From: Candidatus Woesearchaeota archaeon | GTDB taxonomy: Archaea; Nanobdellota; Nanobdellia; Woesearchaeales; BM511 | Assembly: GCA_002867475.1 (NCBI GenBank) | Contig: PKTL01000043.1 | Span: forward strand, 16,192 to 80,191 | Length of the DNA: 64,000 nt | Reading direction: 5' to 3' | The notes under the pieces: model-generated | What the model was told of the DNA's origin: nothing | What the model saw: only the letters and a program-made list of their open reading frames with translations | Databases searched by the model: none | Shown: positions 18,735-29,068 of the stretch, piece by piece | Layout: each line of letters starts with the position of its first letter | Position numbering within the stretch: position 1 is the stretch's first letter | Program-made: the position numbers and the translations under genes

Positions 18735-19921
18735 TCATTGATGGATTTACTAGCGTGCTTATCAAATATTGGCACGTATTTTTATTCTATATTTCACTTA
18801 TAATCTTATTATATCTTAACAGGAATAAATTTGAGATGCAAGGAAGGTTTGTTTTCTTGTACAAGACCAAATTTGGTTTGAAATTGATGGATTCTATTGC
18901 TGAAAAATATAATAGAACCGTGAAATTTCTTGGAACTATTGGAATATATGTAGGCTACATCGGTTTCTTGTTCATAACTTATGCTTTGCTCATGACATTT
19001 TATAATGTTTTGAAAAAACCTGATACTGTTGCTATAAGTCCAGTACTTCCTGGAGTTCCAATTGCTGGTACAAATCTTATATTTCCTTTGATTACAGGTT
19101 GGATAGCGCTTTTAATAATAATAATTGTTCATGAGTTTTCCCATGGAGTTGTTGCTAGAGCTTACAAGCAAAAGATCCTTTCAAGTGGTATCGCTTTTTT
19201 TGGTCCTATAATGGGTGCTTTTGTTGAACCTGATGAGAAACAGATATCTAAGCAAAATAAAAAAGTTCAGAATTCTATCTATGCAGCTGGACCTTTTTCA
19301 AATATTTTGTTGACTTTGGTTGCAGCATTATTGCTTTTTTTTGTTGTGAGTCCTATCTCTGCATCTATCAGCAGTGTTGATGGTCTTGATATAGGTCCCA
19401 TACCTGATCTTCCTGCTGAAGAAGCTGGACTTATTGAAAATTCGTTACTTACCAAGATAAATGATGTTGATATAAGAGAAAATGTTTCTTTGTTTTATGA
19501 GGTAACTAGTGACCTTTCACCAGGTGATGTTGTCAAGCTTGAAACAAGTAGTGGAACTTATGAATTTGCTACAACTTCAAATCCTGCTAATGAATCCATG
19601 GCTTATATGGGAATCTACATTCATGATATTGTAAGATCTGGGAACACTTTTGAATTGAACATATTATATATTATTTTGACTTGGTTTTCAAGCCTTCTTT
19701 TCTGGGTTGGTTTCATCAGCATAAATATCGGCCTTATCAATCTTTACCCGATCTATATTACCGATGGTGCTAGGATGCTAAAGACTCTTCTTGATGACAA
19801 GATGGAAGACAAGAAAAGAGCTGAGACTTTCTGGATCAAGATAAATAATTTCGCAGTTCTTATACTTCTTGGTATAATATTTTTGCAGGTTGGAAATTTC
19901 TTTCTTGGTTTTTTTGCATAA
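18731..19921 (+). CDS. Site-2 protease (M50 family membrane metalloprotease) with PDZ-like domain
   Basis: HEFSHG (HExxH) in a TM helix and an NLYPIYITDG (LDG-type) motif. Confidence 0.75.
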   Translation: MIIDGFTSVLIKYWHVFLFYISLIILLYLNRNKFEMQGRFVFLYKTKFGLKLMDSIAEKYNRTVKFLGTIGIYVGYIGFLFITYALLMTFYNVLKKPDTVAISPVLPGVPIAGTNLIFPLITGWIALLIIIIVHEFSHGVVARAYKQKILSSGIAFFGPIMGAFVEPDEKQISKQNKKVQNSIYAAGPFSNILLTLVAALLLFFVVSPISASISSVDGLDIGPIPDLPAEEAGLIENSLLTKINDVDIRENVSLFYEVTSDLSPGDVVKLETSSGTYEFATTSNPANESMAYMGIYIHDIVRSGNTFELNILYIILTWFSSLLFWVGFISINIGLINLYPIYITDGARMLKTLLDDKMEDKKRAETFWIKINNFAVLILLGIIFLQVGNFFLGFFA

Positions 19922-19952
19922 GTTTAAATAAAAAAATAGCTTTTTGTTTAAT

Positions 19953-20621
19953 ATGGTTGAAAACGCAATACTGAAAAAAACCTTAAAGATCGAATTTTGG
20001 ATAAGTATTTTTGTAAGGCTTAGTATATTAGGGGTTTTGATTCCTTCAATCATTGAGAAGCAGTACATGCTTGTTTTCGCAGCTAGTTCAATGCTCATAA
20101 TCTCATTTGTTCCTTCAATTATAGGAAAAAGATATCAGTTGGTCTTACCACCTGAATTTGAGATTATTGTGAGCTTGTTTTTATATGCCACTTTTATACT
20201 TGGTGAGATGAAAAGCTATTACTTTACGTATTGGTGGTGGGATATCCTTCTTCATAGCTTTAGCGCATTCATCCTTGGTTTGATTGGCTTTGTGATATTA
20301 TACACATTCCATTACGTTGAGAAAATTAATTTAAGCCCTATAATTGCTGCAATATTTAGTTTCAATTTTGCTGTAACCCTTGGAGTTATGTGGGAAATAT
20401 TTGAGTTTGCAGCTGATCAGTTCTTAGGATTGAACATGAAAAAAAGCGGTATAATGGATACAATGACTGACTTGATAGTTGATTCTATTGGTGCTTTGAT
20501 TGGTGCAGTCATGGGTTACTTCTATCTTAAAGGAGGAGACTCATTAATAATAAAAAGAATTGTTGAGAAATTTGTTAGACAAAATTTCAATAGGAAAAGA
20601 AAGATAACTTTTAGTCTTTAA
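19953..20621 (+). CDS. Polytopic membrane protein of unknown function
   Basis: Multiple hydrophobic helices (WWDILLHSFSAF ... WEIFEF). Confidence 0.4.
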   Translation: MVENAILKKTLKIEFWISIFVRLSILGVLIPSIIEKQYMLVFAASSMLIISFVPSIIGKRYQLVLPPEFEIIVSLFLYATFILGEMKSYYFTYWWWDILLHSFSAFILGLIGFVILYTFHYVEKINLSPIIAAIFSFNFAVTLGVMWEIFEFAADQFLGLNMKKSGIMDTMTDLIVDSIGALIGAVMGYFYLKGGDSLIIKRIVEKFVRQNFNRKRKITFSL

Positions 20622-20643
20622 TTAAAAAATATATAATAAATAA

Positions 20644-21183
20644 TTATTTAGGTTTGTATTTGCTTTTTTCAGCTTTATCGCTGATTATTGCAGAATTGCC
20701 TGTTGGGTCTTCGATTGTTATTGTTATTGAGTCGTTTCCCCACATAATGTTTTGGATTTTCTTAAGCATGTTTTTTGCTTTTTTTCTTTCGTCCTTATCT
20801 TCAGAATTGTCCCTTGCAGTTTCCAATTGATGCTTTACCCTATTGAAGATCCCTTCAATATTTGTTACGTATCCATTGCTTGCTGGGCCTGGCTCGATTG
20901 TCATTATCCTTGGGATCTTTATTGTTGCATCCCCAGATTTCACAACTCTTACTTTCATATCTTCTTCAGAATCTATCTTGAAAGTAAATTTTACAGGTTC
21001 ATCACTGCTTTCAGTTTCCACATCTGCTTTATGATATTTACAGTTTGAACAATTCATGCTAAATAAATACACCATTCCAAAATATGGAACTTCTCTTTCA
21101 TCTTCCATAAGGGTAAGATTATTAGTACCGCACATCGGACAAGGTTGCCCTTCAAGCATTGCTGGACCTGTTTCTTCTGCCAT
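20644..21183 (-). CDS. ZPR1-type zinc finger protein
   Basis: CPMCG ... VPYFG ... CSNCKY arrangement. Confidence 0.6.
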   Translation of the reverse strand: MAEETGPAMLEGQPCPMCGTNNLTLMEDEREVPYFGMVYLFSMNCSNCKYHKADVETESSDEPVKFTFKIDSEEDMKVRVVKSGDATIKIPRIMTIEPGPASNGYVTNIEGIFNRVKHQLETARDNSEDKDERKKAKNMLKKIQNIMWGNDSITITIEDPTGNSAIISDKAEKSKYKPK

Positions 21184-21273
21184 GTAATCTTTTAAGAATT
21201 AAGTGTTTATAAGGATTTGTTTTTTAAAAAATATATACTTGTAAATCGATATAAAAAAATATTAAAAAAAAAA

Positions 21274-21480
21274 TTATTCACTGTCTTCTTCATCAGCTTC
21301 TTCGCCGTCATCATATTCAGCTAGGATCTGTTGAAGTTTATCAGCATATTCTTCTTCAGTAAAAACATTTTTCTCGATTAATAACTCAATCAATGCGTCT
21401 ACTTTGTCATGTGCACCGTAAACCATTTCTTCAACTGTAAGAAGCTCTTCTTCTGTAACGTTTTGTTCTTCGTTTGTCAT
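21274..21480 (-). CDS. Small acidic hypothetical protein, 68 aa
   Basis: ORF only. Confidence 0.3.
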   Translation of the reverse strand: MTNEEQNVTEEELLTVEEMVYGAHDKVDALIELLIEKNVFTEEEYADKLQQILAEYDDGEEADEEDSE

Positions 21481-21641
21481 GTGATATCACCCTCCGTTTT
21501 GGATTTATTTTAGGATTGAGACCTTGTTTTTAAATCTTCGCATTAAAACAGGCAACAAGTAATTGATGCCGATTAGAGTAATGAAGTTAATTATAAATCT
21601 TACTCTAAAAATTTATATACTGGATATACATCCTTCTCGTT

Positions 21642-22208
21642 ATGGACATTTTAACAAAAGAGGAATTCATGCTTCAAAAAGAAGCATTCATGGCTGACTT
21701 AGAAGATGGAGAACTATTCATCTACCCAACCGACACAATATATGGCATTGGTTGTGATGCTACTAATGAGATAGCTGTATATAACCTTAGAAATATTAAG
21801 AAGATTCCAACAAGGCCTGTGTCGATTATTGCTCCTTCAAAAGAGTGGATTAAAGAACATTTTGAAGTTAATGACAAGGCTTCTGAATGGATCGATAAGC
21901 TTCCAGGACCTTACACTTTAGTTCTGAAATGCAAGAATGGTTGCATGCCTAGCAATATAAGCGATACAGGTAGTATTGGTGTTCGAATTCCTGATCATTG
22001 GATAAGCTCATTTGTTTCTGAATTTGGAAAACCTATTGTTACTACTAGTGCTAACATAACAGGTAAAAGTTTCATGACAAACATTGATGATTTAGATACT
22101 AGTATAAAGAAAAAAACCTTGTTCTTCATTGATGAAGGAGATATTCAAGGCAAGCCTAGCGATATCATTTTCTTGGATAAAAATAAAGTTGAAATAAAAG
22201 AAAGATAG
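21642..22208 (+). CDS. tsaC: L-threonylcarbamoyladenylate synthase (TsaC/YrdC/Sua5 family)
   Basis: IYPTDTIYGIGCDA motif. Confidence 0.8.
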   Translation: MDILTKEEFMLQKEAFMADLEDGELFIYPTDTIYGIGCDATNEIAVYNLRNIKKIPTRPVSIIAPSKEWIKEHFEVNDKASEWIDKLPGPYTLVLKCKNGCMPSNISDTGSIGVRIPDHWISSFVSEFGKPIVTTSANITGKSFMTNIDDLDTSIKKKTLFFIDEGDIQGKPSDIIFLDKNKVEIKER

Positions 22209-22236
22209 ATAAACTGAATTGATTTCTTTTAGTTTT

Positions 22237-23094
22237 ATGAGTTGGTTATTTTTTGGACTTGGAAATGCGATTTTCAAAACGCTTGAAGATTTAACTTTGA
22301 AAAAAGCAAGTTTTGAAGAAGACCCAATATTTTTACTATTTGTTTTACATACCATAAATGTTGTTTTGCTAATTATACCTTTATTTCTTTTTGGAATACC
22401 TTCTTTTAATAGCAAATTTATTTTTGCGGTTTTTATTAATTCAATAATCTATCTTGCTACGGGGATAATGTATGTTAAAGCAATTAAAATTTCTGAGATA
22501 AGCTTAATAGCTCCTATACTTTCTTTTGTCCCTTTATTTCTACTGATTACTTCCCCATTGATTCTTGGAGAGTTTCCAAATCCTATTAGTCTTATAGGCG
22601 TTATATTGATTGTTGCTGGGACTTATATAATAAATATGAATTCTAAAAAAGATTTTATGGATCCTTTAACTTCTATTTTTAGGCATAAAGGAACAAGGCT
22701 TGTTTTGTTTGTGACTATCTTATGGTCTTTTGCTGCAAATTTTGATAAGATGGCAATAGTAAATTCAAATCCTTTTTTTTATCTGGTTATTGTTAACTTG
22801 TTACAAACAATTTACTTGCTTCCAATAATCATTCTATCAAAGAAAAAGATAAGCAATAAAACAAATATCAAGTGGATCCTTTTAGCTGGCCTTTTTGGAA
22901 CATTGATGATCTTGAGCGCGATGTATGCCATTCAATTGACACTAGTTGCATATGTGGTTTCAGTGAAAAGATTGAGTATCATATTAACAGTTATTGTTGG
23001 AAGCTTATTATTCAAAGAACATGACTTGAAAAAAAGATCACTTGGCTCAGTAATAATGGTCATTGGTGCGATATTGATTGGATTAAACTCATAA
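22237..23094 (+). CDS. EamA/DMT-family transporter
   Basis: About 10 TM helices in two repeats. Confidence 0.5.
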   Translation: MSWLFFGLGNAIFKTLEDLTLKKASFEEDPIFLLFVLHTINVVLLIIPLFLFGIPSFNSKFIFAVFINSIIYLATGIMYVKAIKISEISLIAPILSFVPLFLLITSPLILGEFPNPISLIGVILIVAGTYIINMNSKKDFMDPLTSIFRHKGTRLVLFVTILWSFAANFDKMAIVNSNPFFYLVIVNLLQTIYLLPIIILSKKKISNKTNIKWILLAGLFGTLMILSAMYAIQLTLVAYVVSVKRLSIILTVIVGSLLFKEHDLKKRSLGSVIMVIGAILIGLNS

Positions 23095-23129
23095 AAGGTT
23101 TTATATAGTCTTTTTCATTAATTTTCATA

Positions 23130-23933
23130 ATGCTTGAAGTCAGTAAGGTTTATTGGAAAGAGGCTTTTGCTTATAGGGCTCAGTATTATTTTACATTACT
23201 TCTTAATCCTTTAAGGTTTCTTGTAATGATCTTTGTTTGGGGTGCTATCTATTCGCAAAATAGTATTGATGCCATCCAAGGATATTCATATGAAAACCTC
23301 ATAACCTATTTTATCCTTACAAATATATCTTTTACACTTATTTATAATCAAGTGACTGAGAAGATGGAAGAGTATAATAAGAAAGGTGATTTTATGGTTT
23401 TCATGATTAAACCTTGGAGTTTCTTCAAGCTTAGTCTTGTTATGACAATATCTAAAAGAATTTTTGCAATATTTGCAGAGATTTTACCTTTGCTTATCAT
23501 ACTCTTACTATTTTTCAAAGATTATTTTATCTTTGGTAATTTACCCCTGTATATTGTGTCTATAGGTCTTGCTTTCTTGATATCTTATCTTTTGGCAATG
23601 ATTATTGGTGCATTTGCTTTTTGGATGGTAAGCATTAGAAGCTTGACTTGGCTTTTGAATTTTATAATGAGCATCTTTGCAGGGTTGTATGTTCCTATCA
23701 CTTTTTTTCCTGGTGCTCTTGTTAGAGTTCTTGATCTTCTTCCTTTCAAGTATATGATATTTGTTCCTATAAATATATATCTTGGAAAGATTCCTATTTC
23801 AATAGAGAATGGTTTTTTTGGAAGCGTTTGGCATAGTTTGTCTATACAGATTTTTTGGTGTTTAGCGCTGTATTTTATCGTTGTGGTTTTTTGGAAGATT
23901 AGCCTTAAAAAGTTTGGAGGTGTTGGAGCATGA
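23130..23933 (+). CDS. ABC-2 family transporter permease
   Basis: Polytopic membrane protein upstream of an ABC ATPase, overlapping the next gene. Confidence 0.55.
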   Translation: MLEVSKVYWKEAFAYRAQYYFTLLLNPLRFLVMIFVWGAIYSQNSIDAIQGYSYENLITYFILTNISFTLIYNQVTEKMEEYNKKGDFMVFMIKPWSFFKLSLVMTISKRIFAIFAEILPLLIILLLFFKDYFIFGNLPLYIVSIGLAFLISYLLAMIIGAFAFWMVSIRSLTWLLNFIMSIFAGLYVPITFFPGALVRVLDLLPFKYMIFVPINIYLGKIPISIENGFFGSVWHSLSIQIFWCLALYFIVVVFWKISLKKFGGVGA

Positions 23934-24706
23934 GCAATCTTGTTACATGGTTCAAGTATATCAGATCAAGCTTTTTGATAAGGATGGCTTACAGAGGTGA
24001 ATTCTTGATAAGTTTGGTTTCCATGTTTGCACTTGAAATGGTAGGACCTCTTTTTGCATATACTATTTACTTGAATTCTCCAGGTTTTGCTGGTTGGACA
24101 TTTTATCAGATCATACTACTTCAAGGAATACTTTTGTTTATCAAAGGTTTTAGTTATGTTCATTTTTTTGGGATAGTTTGGAACAGCAACATCAGTATTT
24201 GGAGAGGTACTTTGGATTTCATATTCTTGAAACCTAGAAATTTATTGTTGACTTTTATTTTTAGCTCATATGATGTTGAGGATAATGCTAAAATGCTTGG
24301 TGGAATAGCACTTATTGGATTTGCACTTTATCATATTGAATTCACTTTTACAAAGATTCTTCTTATGATTTATTTGATAATTTTAGGAATAGTGTTATTT
24401 TTTGCATTTGCACTTTTGTTCAGTGCTTTTATCATAAGGTTTATTCAGACTTGGAGATTGTATGAGTTTCTTGAGATAATTCTTATGATTGCTCAGTACC
24501 CAAATAAGATCTATCCTCAATATGTTTCAGTGATATTTACTTCTATCATTCCTTTGTTTGTCGCAGGGGTTTTCCCTGCAGAAGCTTTGATTGGTAGTGT
24601 TGTGCCTAATGTTTTATTAATGACTTTTTCGGTAGTTTTTATATTTTCAATTAGTTTATATACTTGGTTTAATGTATTAAAGCATTATTCAAGCGCAGGT
24701 GGATGA
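23930..24706 (+). CDS. ABC-2 family transporter permease (second subunit)
   Basis: Polytopic; ATGA-type overlaps on both sides. Confidence 0.55.
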   Translation: MSNLVTWFKYIRSSFLIRMAYRGEFLISLVSMFALEMVGPLFAYTIYLNSPGFAGWTFYQIILLQGILLFIKGFSYVHFFGIVWNSNISIWRGTLDFIFLKPRNLLLTFIFSSYDVEDNAKMLGGIALIGFALYHIEFTFTKILLMIYLIILGIVLFFAFALLFSAFIIRFIQTWRLYEFLEIILMIAQYPNKIYPQYVSVIFTSIIPLFVAGVFPAEALIGSVVPNVLLMTFSVVFIFSISLYTWFNVLKHYSSAGG

Positions 24707-25689
24707 TGGAAAAGATTATTATTGTTGAAAGATTGAAAAAAGAATTTAAGAGTTTCAATAGAAGTGAGTCTTTTGTTGAAGCTTTGAAATCTTTGGTTAA
24801 GCGTGATTACAAAGTTACTAAAGCTGTTGATGATATCAGTTTTTCTATTTCTAAGGGAGAAATTGTCGGTTTTCTTGGTCCTAATGGTGCGGGTAAAAGT
24901 ACAACTATCAAGATGCTTTCAGGAATCGTTTATGCTGACTCAGGAAATATTGAAGTTTTAGGTTTCAATCCGTGGAAGGAAAGGATAAAGTATGTTGGTA
25001 ATATTGGCGTTATATTTGGTCAGAAATCTCAGCTTTTTTGGGACTTACCACCTATTGATGCATTTTACATGAATAAAGAGATATATAATATTGATAAGAA
25101 AATCTTTGATGATACTCTTGAGTATTTTGTCAGATTGCTTGATCTTTTTGAGATCATGAAAAAGCCGACTAGGCAGCTTAGCCTTGGTGAGCGTATGAAG
25201 TGCGAGTTTGTAATGAGCATGCTTCATAGACCTAAAGTGGTTTTTTTAGATGAACCAACAATTGGTTTGGATGTCTTTGCTAAAGAGACTATACGTAAGT
25301 TCATCAAAGATATGAATAAGAAGTTTGGAACAACTTTTATAGTTACAAGTCATGACCTAGAAGATATTGAAAACCTTTGTGATAGAGTTATCATTATCAA
25401 CCATGGAAAAATAGTGTTCGATGATGATGTTTCAAAATTAGTTGTTAAAGACAAAAAGTACATCACTGTCAAGTTTTATGAAAAAATTGATTTTGATAAG
25501 TTGAGTAAGGTTAAAGAGATTAAGATTCTTGATAGAATTTCTGAGCATTCTGTAAGACTTGAAGCCAATGTGAAAAAGATCTATGTTGATGAATTAATAA
25601 AAAAGATTCGAATGGGTAAAAGGATTGAAGATTTAGAAATATCTAATCCTCCTATAACTGAAATAATAAAGAAATTATATAAGGATTGA
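24703..25689 (+). CDS. ABC transporter ATP-binding protein
   Basis: Walker A GPNGAGKST, ABC signature LSLGERMKC, Walker B VVFLDEPTIGLD. Confidence 0.85.
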   Translation: MMEKIIIVERLKKEFKSFNRSESFVEALKSLVKRDYKVTKAVDDISFSISKGEIVGFLGPNGAGKSTTIKMLSGIVYADSGNIEVLGFNPWKERIKYVGNIGVIFGQKSQLFWDLPPIDAFYMNKEIYNIDKKIFDDTLEYFVRLLDLFEIMKKPTRQLSLGERMKCEFVMSMLHRPKVVFLDEPTIGLDVFAKETIRKFIKDMNKKFGTTFIVTSHDLEDIENLCDRVIIINHGKIVFDDDVSKLVVKDKKYITVKFYEKIDFDKLSKVKEIKILDRISEHSVRLEANVKKIYVDELIKKIRMGKRIEDLEISNPPITEIIKKLYKD

Positions 25690-27117
25690 TTATCCTTTTA
25701 TTACACCTAACGGTTTGACTTTTGCTACAAGTTTTCCTATTCCTGCTTCGTGTGAAACTTTCACCACTTCGTCAATATCTTTGTATGCTTCTGGTGCTTC
25801 TTCAACTATTCCTTTTTTAGATGCTGACTTAATATGAATATTATGTGATTCTAGTTCCTTTACTACTTCGTCTGCTTGCATGCTTTTCATCGCTTGGAAC
25901 CTGCTCATCTTTCGCCCTGCTCCATGAGCTGTTGAACCGAATGATTCTTCCATTGCTTTTTCTGTTCCTACTAGTATATAGCTTGATGTTCCCATTGAAC
26001 CTGGCAATAGTATTGGTTGTCCTGTTGGTTTATAGTCTTCTGGGAGTTCAGGTCTGTTTGGTGCGAATGCTCTTGTTGCTCCTTTCCTATGGACTATAAG
26101 TTCCTTTTCTTCTCCGTTTATAGTATGCTTTTCTAGTTTTGCGATGTTATGTGCTACATCATAGACTGTCTTTAAAGTTGCTTCTTTTCCAAATACTTCT
26201 TCAAAACTTTTTCTTACATTGTGTGCTATGATATGTCTGTTTGCCCATGCAAAGTTTGCAGCACCAATCATTGCACTGTAATAATCCTGGCCGAGTTTTG
26301 AACTGAATGGTGCGTAGATAAGATCTTTTTCTGGAAGTTCTTCTATTATATTTGGATACTCGTCTTCCATCTTTCTTAAGTAGTCACTGCATACTTGGTG
26401 ACCTAAGCCTCTACTTCCGCAGTGTATCATTACAACGATCTGGTTCTTTTCTTTTATTCCGAAAACACTTGCTTTTTCTTTATCGTAAATTTCATCTACT
26501 ATCTGCACTTCTAAGAAATGGTTTCCTGCACCTAGTGTTCCTAGTTGCCTTCTTCCTCTTCCTTTGCATTTCATTGAAATCAGTTTTGGGTCGCACCCAG
26601 GCATTGATCCTTCTTCTTCAGAGTGTTTTAAGTCGTCTTCGTTTCCAAAGCCTTGTTCGACTGCCCATCTCGCACCGTTTTTTAGGACTGCGTCTACTTC
26701 GTCGTCTGACAGTTTCATCTCTGATTCGCTGCCTACGCCTGACGGTACATTTTTGAAAAGTGATTCTAGTAAAGGTTCTATTTTTGGTTCTACTTCTTCT
26801 TTTGTTAGATTTGTTGCTAGAAGTCTTACTCCACAATTTATGTCAAAACCGATTCCGCCTGGAGTTATAATTCCTTCTTCTTTGTCGAAAGCTGCCACTC
26901 CACCTATGGAGAAACCGTAGCCCTTATGTGAGTCGGACATCATGATACTTGCTTTCTGTATTCCAGGTAATTTACTTACATTTATTCCTTGAGCTAGCGC
27001 TCCATCCGCTTCTATAGCATCTATTAATTTATCTGACGCGAACACTTTTACAGGGACATTCATATCCTCTTCTTTTTCTACAGTATACATTGAATCAGTG
27101 GTTTTTTCTAGTTTCAT
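25690..27117 (-). CDS. rtcB: RNA-splicing ligase RtcB
   Basis: GSMGTSSYIL and STAHGAGRKMSR motifs; 475 aa. Confidence 0.9.
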   Translation of the reverse strand: MKLEKTTDSMYTVEKEEDMNVPVKVFASDKLIDAIEADGALAQGINVSKLPGIQKASIMMSDSHKGYGFSIGGVAAFDKEEGIITPGGIGFDINCGVRLLATNLTKEEVEPKIEPLLESLFKNVPSGVGSESEMKLSDDEVDAVLKNGARWAVEQGFGNEDDLKHSEEEGSMPGCDPKLISMKCKGRGRRQLGTLGAGNHFLEVQIVDEIYDKEKASVFGIKEKNQIVVMIHCGSRGLGHQVCSDYLRKMEDEYPNIIEELPEKDLIYAPFSSKLGQDYYSAMIGAANFAWANRHIIAHNVRKSFEEVFGKEATLKTVYDVAHNIAKLEKHTINGEEKELIVHRKGATRAFAPNRPELPEDYKPTGQPILLPGSMGTSSYILVGTEKAMEESFGSTAHGAGRKMSRFQAMKSMQADEVVKELESHNIHIKSASKKGIVEEAPEAYKDIDEVVKVSHEAGIGKLVAKVKPLGVIKG

Positions 27118-27165
27118 AGTTTTCTTGGATTTAATTTTTCTTTAAAAAGATTATGTATAATTAAT

Positions 27166-28034
27166 TTATTTTAGAATTTTCTTCTTTTTCATATCAAGAT
27201 TATTATTTTTAGACATTACTGTTCTTCCTATTCTTTTTTCTATACTTTTTCTTGTTTCATTTGCTACTTCTCCACCTTCTTTAGCAGATTCGTTACATTC
27301 ATCAAAACCTTGAGAATCATTTTCTATTGTTATATCAGTTGTAGCTTTTTCACCAACCATAGTTAGTATCAATTCCCAATCATTCACACATGAAGACTAT
27401 AAGTCTTCAGTGCACAGAAGAATACTAATTCTTCTTGTGTGTGATCTCTTAAGTTCTGCTTTTTTAATTTTTTAAAATCCTTATATTCTCCAACAGTTTT
27501 ACCAAATGTTGCTTTACTAATTTCATTTGTCAATATTGCGAATTCATTTTCGTTTTTTACATCTCTATTTTTCCATTCGTCGGTTAATTCTTGTCTTATT
27601 ACAATACCTCTTAATCTTTTATCTATCCACTCTTTTGGATATCCTTTTAATTCATAATATTCTTTGATTCTATCTTGACCCAATTCAGGATTTTCTATCT
27701 CTTGTATTCTTTCATAACCTGTTTTAGCTAACCATTGTTTGAAAGGTTCAGCTTTTTTTGAAGGAATCGATTGAATTATACGAAAAAGATTCTTTGTATT
27801 TGCACAATCAGTAAAATAAGATTTTCCATCTGAAGAAGATAATTTCAGTTGTACCCAAATTGGGGACAACTCAAGCACTTTAAATTCTCTATCTTTAACT
27901 TTTCCCCAATATTGTCTTGGCTTGGGACTTTCAGTTAAAACTTCAACAACATCAACTATTGAGAAATACCATTCATCATTGAACCAAATCCTTCTAATGT
28001 TCTTATCTTGGAAAACTATTATTTTATCATTCAT
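27166..28034 (-). pseudogene. DinD-like Bro-N (KilA-N superfamily) gene split into 216-aa and 73-aa pieces
   Basis: N-terminal Bro-N domain (IRRIWFNDEWYFSIVDVVEVL); C-terminal ILTNEISKATFG ... NLRDH, then a stop. The remainder (ELILTMVGEKATTD ... GGEVANETRK ... VMSKNN) continues in another frame with a 4-nt overlap. Hairpin gaagactATAagtcttc at the junction. Confidence 0.5.
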
Positions 28035-28076
28035 AGATTATTATAAACTCTTTTTATTTAAATACTCTATGTGGCT

Positions 28077-28086
28077 ATGTCCAGTG
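28077..28086. promoter_or_regulatory. Copy of the ATGTCCAGTG motif in the divergent intergenic region
   Basis: Seen directly in the sequence. Confidence 0.45.
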
Positions 28087-28230
28087 TTTAACATATAATT
28101 AACTCCTTAGTGGTAACAAAATCGAAAGATTTATATACTCATCCACATTAAACAATATATTAAATATGGCAAGTTTTATAAAAGAAAAACACTGTATTTA
28201 GTAAAAACTAATATTCACAAGGTGATAGAT

Positions 28231-29037
28231 ATGAAGAAAAAACTAGTTACTTTAGCAGCAATCACAGCTTTTGGTGCTACACCAGCTGTTGCTTTAGATC
28301 AAGAAGAAATCGACGCAATGTTTTCTGCTCCTAACGCTCCAAAACAAGAAGAAGTTATGGGAATAGCACAAAAAGGCGGACTTATAGACATCGTAACAAA
28401 AGATAATAAGATTCTAAGATTCAATGATGAATGGACAACTCTACAAGATGCAAATGGAGGAGATTATCACACTCTTGGTGCAACAGGAGTTACAAGAACA
28501 AAAAAGACCTCATTCTCAGATCCTGAAGATGTATTCACAGTAAGTGATTATGGACTTGACCAATCAAAAGTTGATGAAAACGGACAACTATCCCTTTTTG
28601 CTTCATACCTTATTGATGGACCTGCAAAGATTGATGGAATATCCGCAGCTACCAATCCTAGAAAAGATGGATATGATTTTTTAGTATTATCAGAAGGTAA
28701 CCTATACGAATCAAACATGGTTGATGGAGTACTAGTTGTTGACACAACACCAGTTGACAGTATTGACGCAGCAGTTGTTGGTTTTGACAACATGAACGGC
28801 GGAAAAAGAGCAACAGTCACAAACAATGATTACACACTGACTAAAGAAAAAGACGGCAGAGTTATCTTTGAAAGAAGCACAGACCTACAACCAGGAGAAA
28901 CAGAATATCCAATAATCATCGCACCAGGAGAAGCTTGCAGTCTTGACTTGATTGCAGCAGGAGAACAAGCATGCCAAGATGGATATGTTTGCAAAGCAAA
29001 TGATTATCCAATAAAATACAACTGCTTATTAGAATAA
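28231..29037 (+). CDS. Secreted protein with C-terminal 4-Cys module
   Basis: AGGTGA RBS; signal peptide MKKKLVTLAAITAFGATPAVA; C-terminus GEACSLDLIAAGEQACQDGYVCKANDYPIKYNCLLE. Confidence 0.6.
   Translation: MKKKLVTLAAITAFGATPAVALDQEEIDAMFSAPNAPKQEEVMGIAQKGGLIDIVTKDNKILRFNDEWTTLQDANGGDYHTLGATGVTRTKKTSFSDPEDVFTVSDYGLDQSKVDENGQLSLFASYLIDGPAKIDGISAATNPRKDGYDFLVLSEGNLYESNMVDGVLVVDTTPVDSIDAAVVGFDNMNGGKRATVTNNDYTLTKEKDGRVIFERSTDLQPGETEYPIIIAPGEACSLDLIAAGEQACQDGYVCKANDYPIKYNCLLE
28981..29037 (+). repeat. 57-nt exact direct repeat (copy 1) encoding GYVCKANDYPIKYNCLLE plus stop
   Basis: Identical to 29231..29287. Confidence 0.9.
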
Positions 29038-29068
29038 AAATATGAAACAATTTTGGAGGAAACACGAA

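Noticed and set aside
18548-18775. 75-aa minus-strand ORF from the track
   Set aside because: Antisense to the well-supported L40e gene (18573..18734) and overlapping the start of the S2P gene; no plausible signals.
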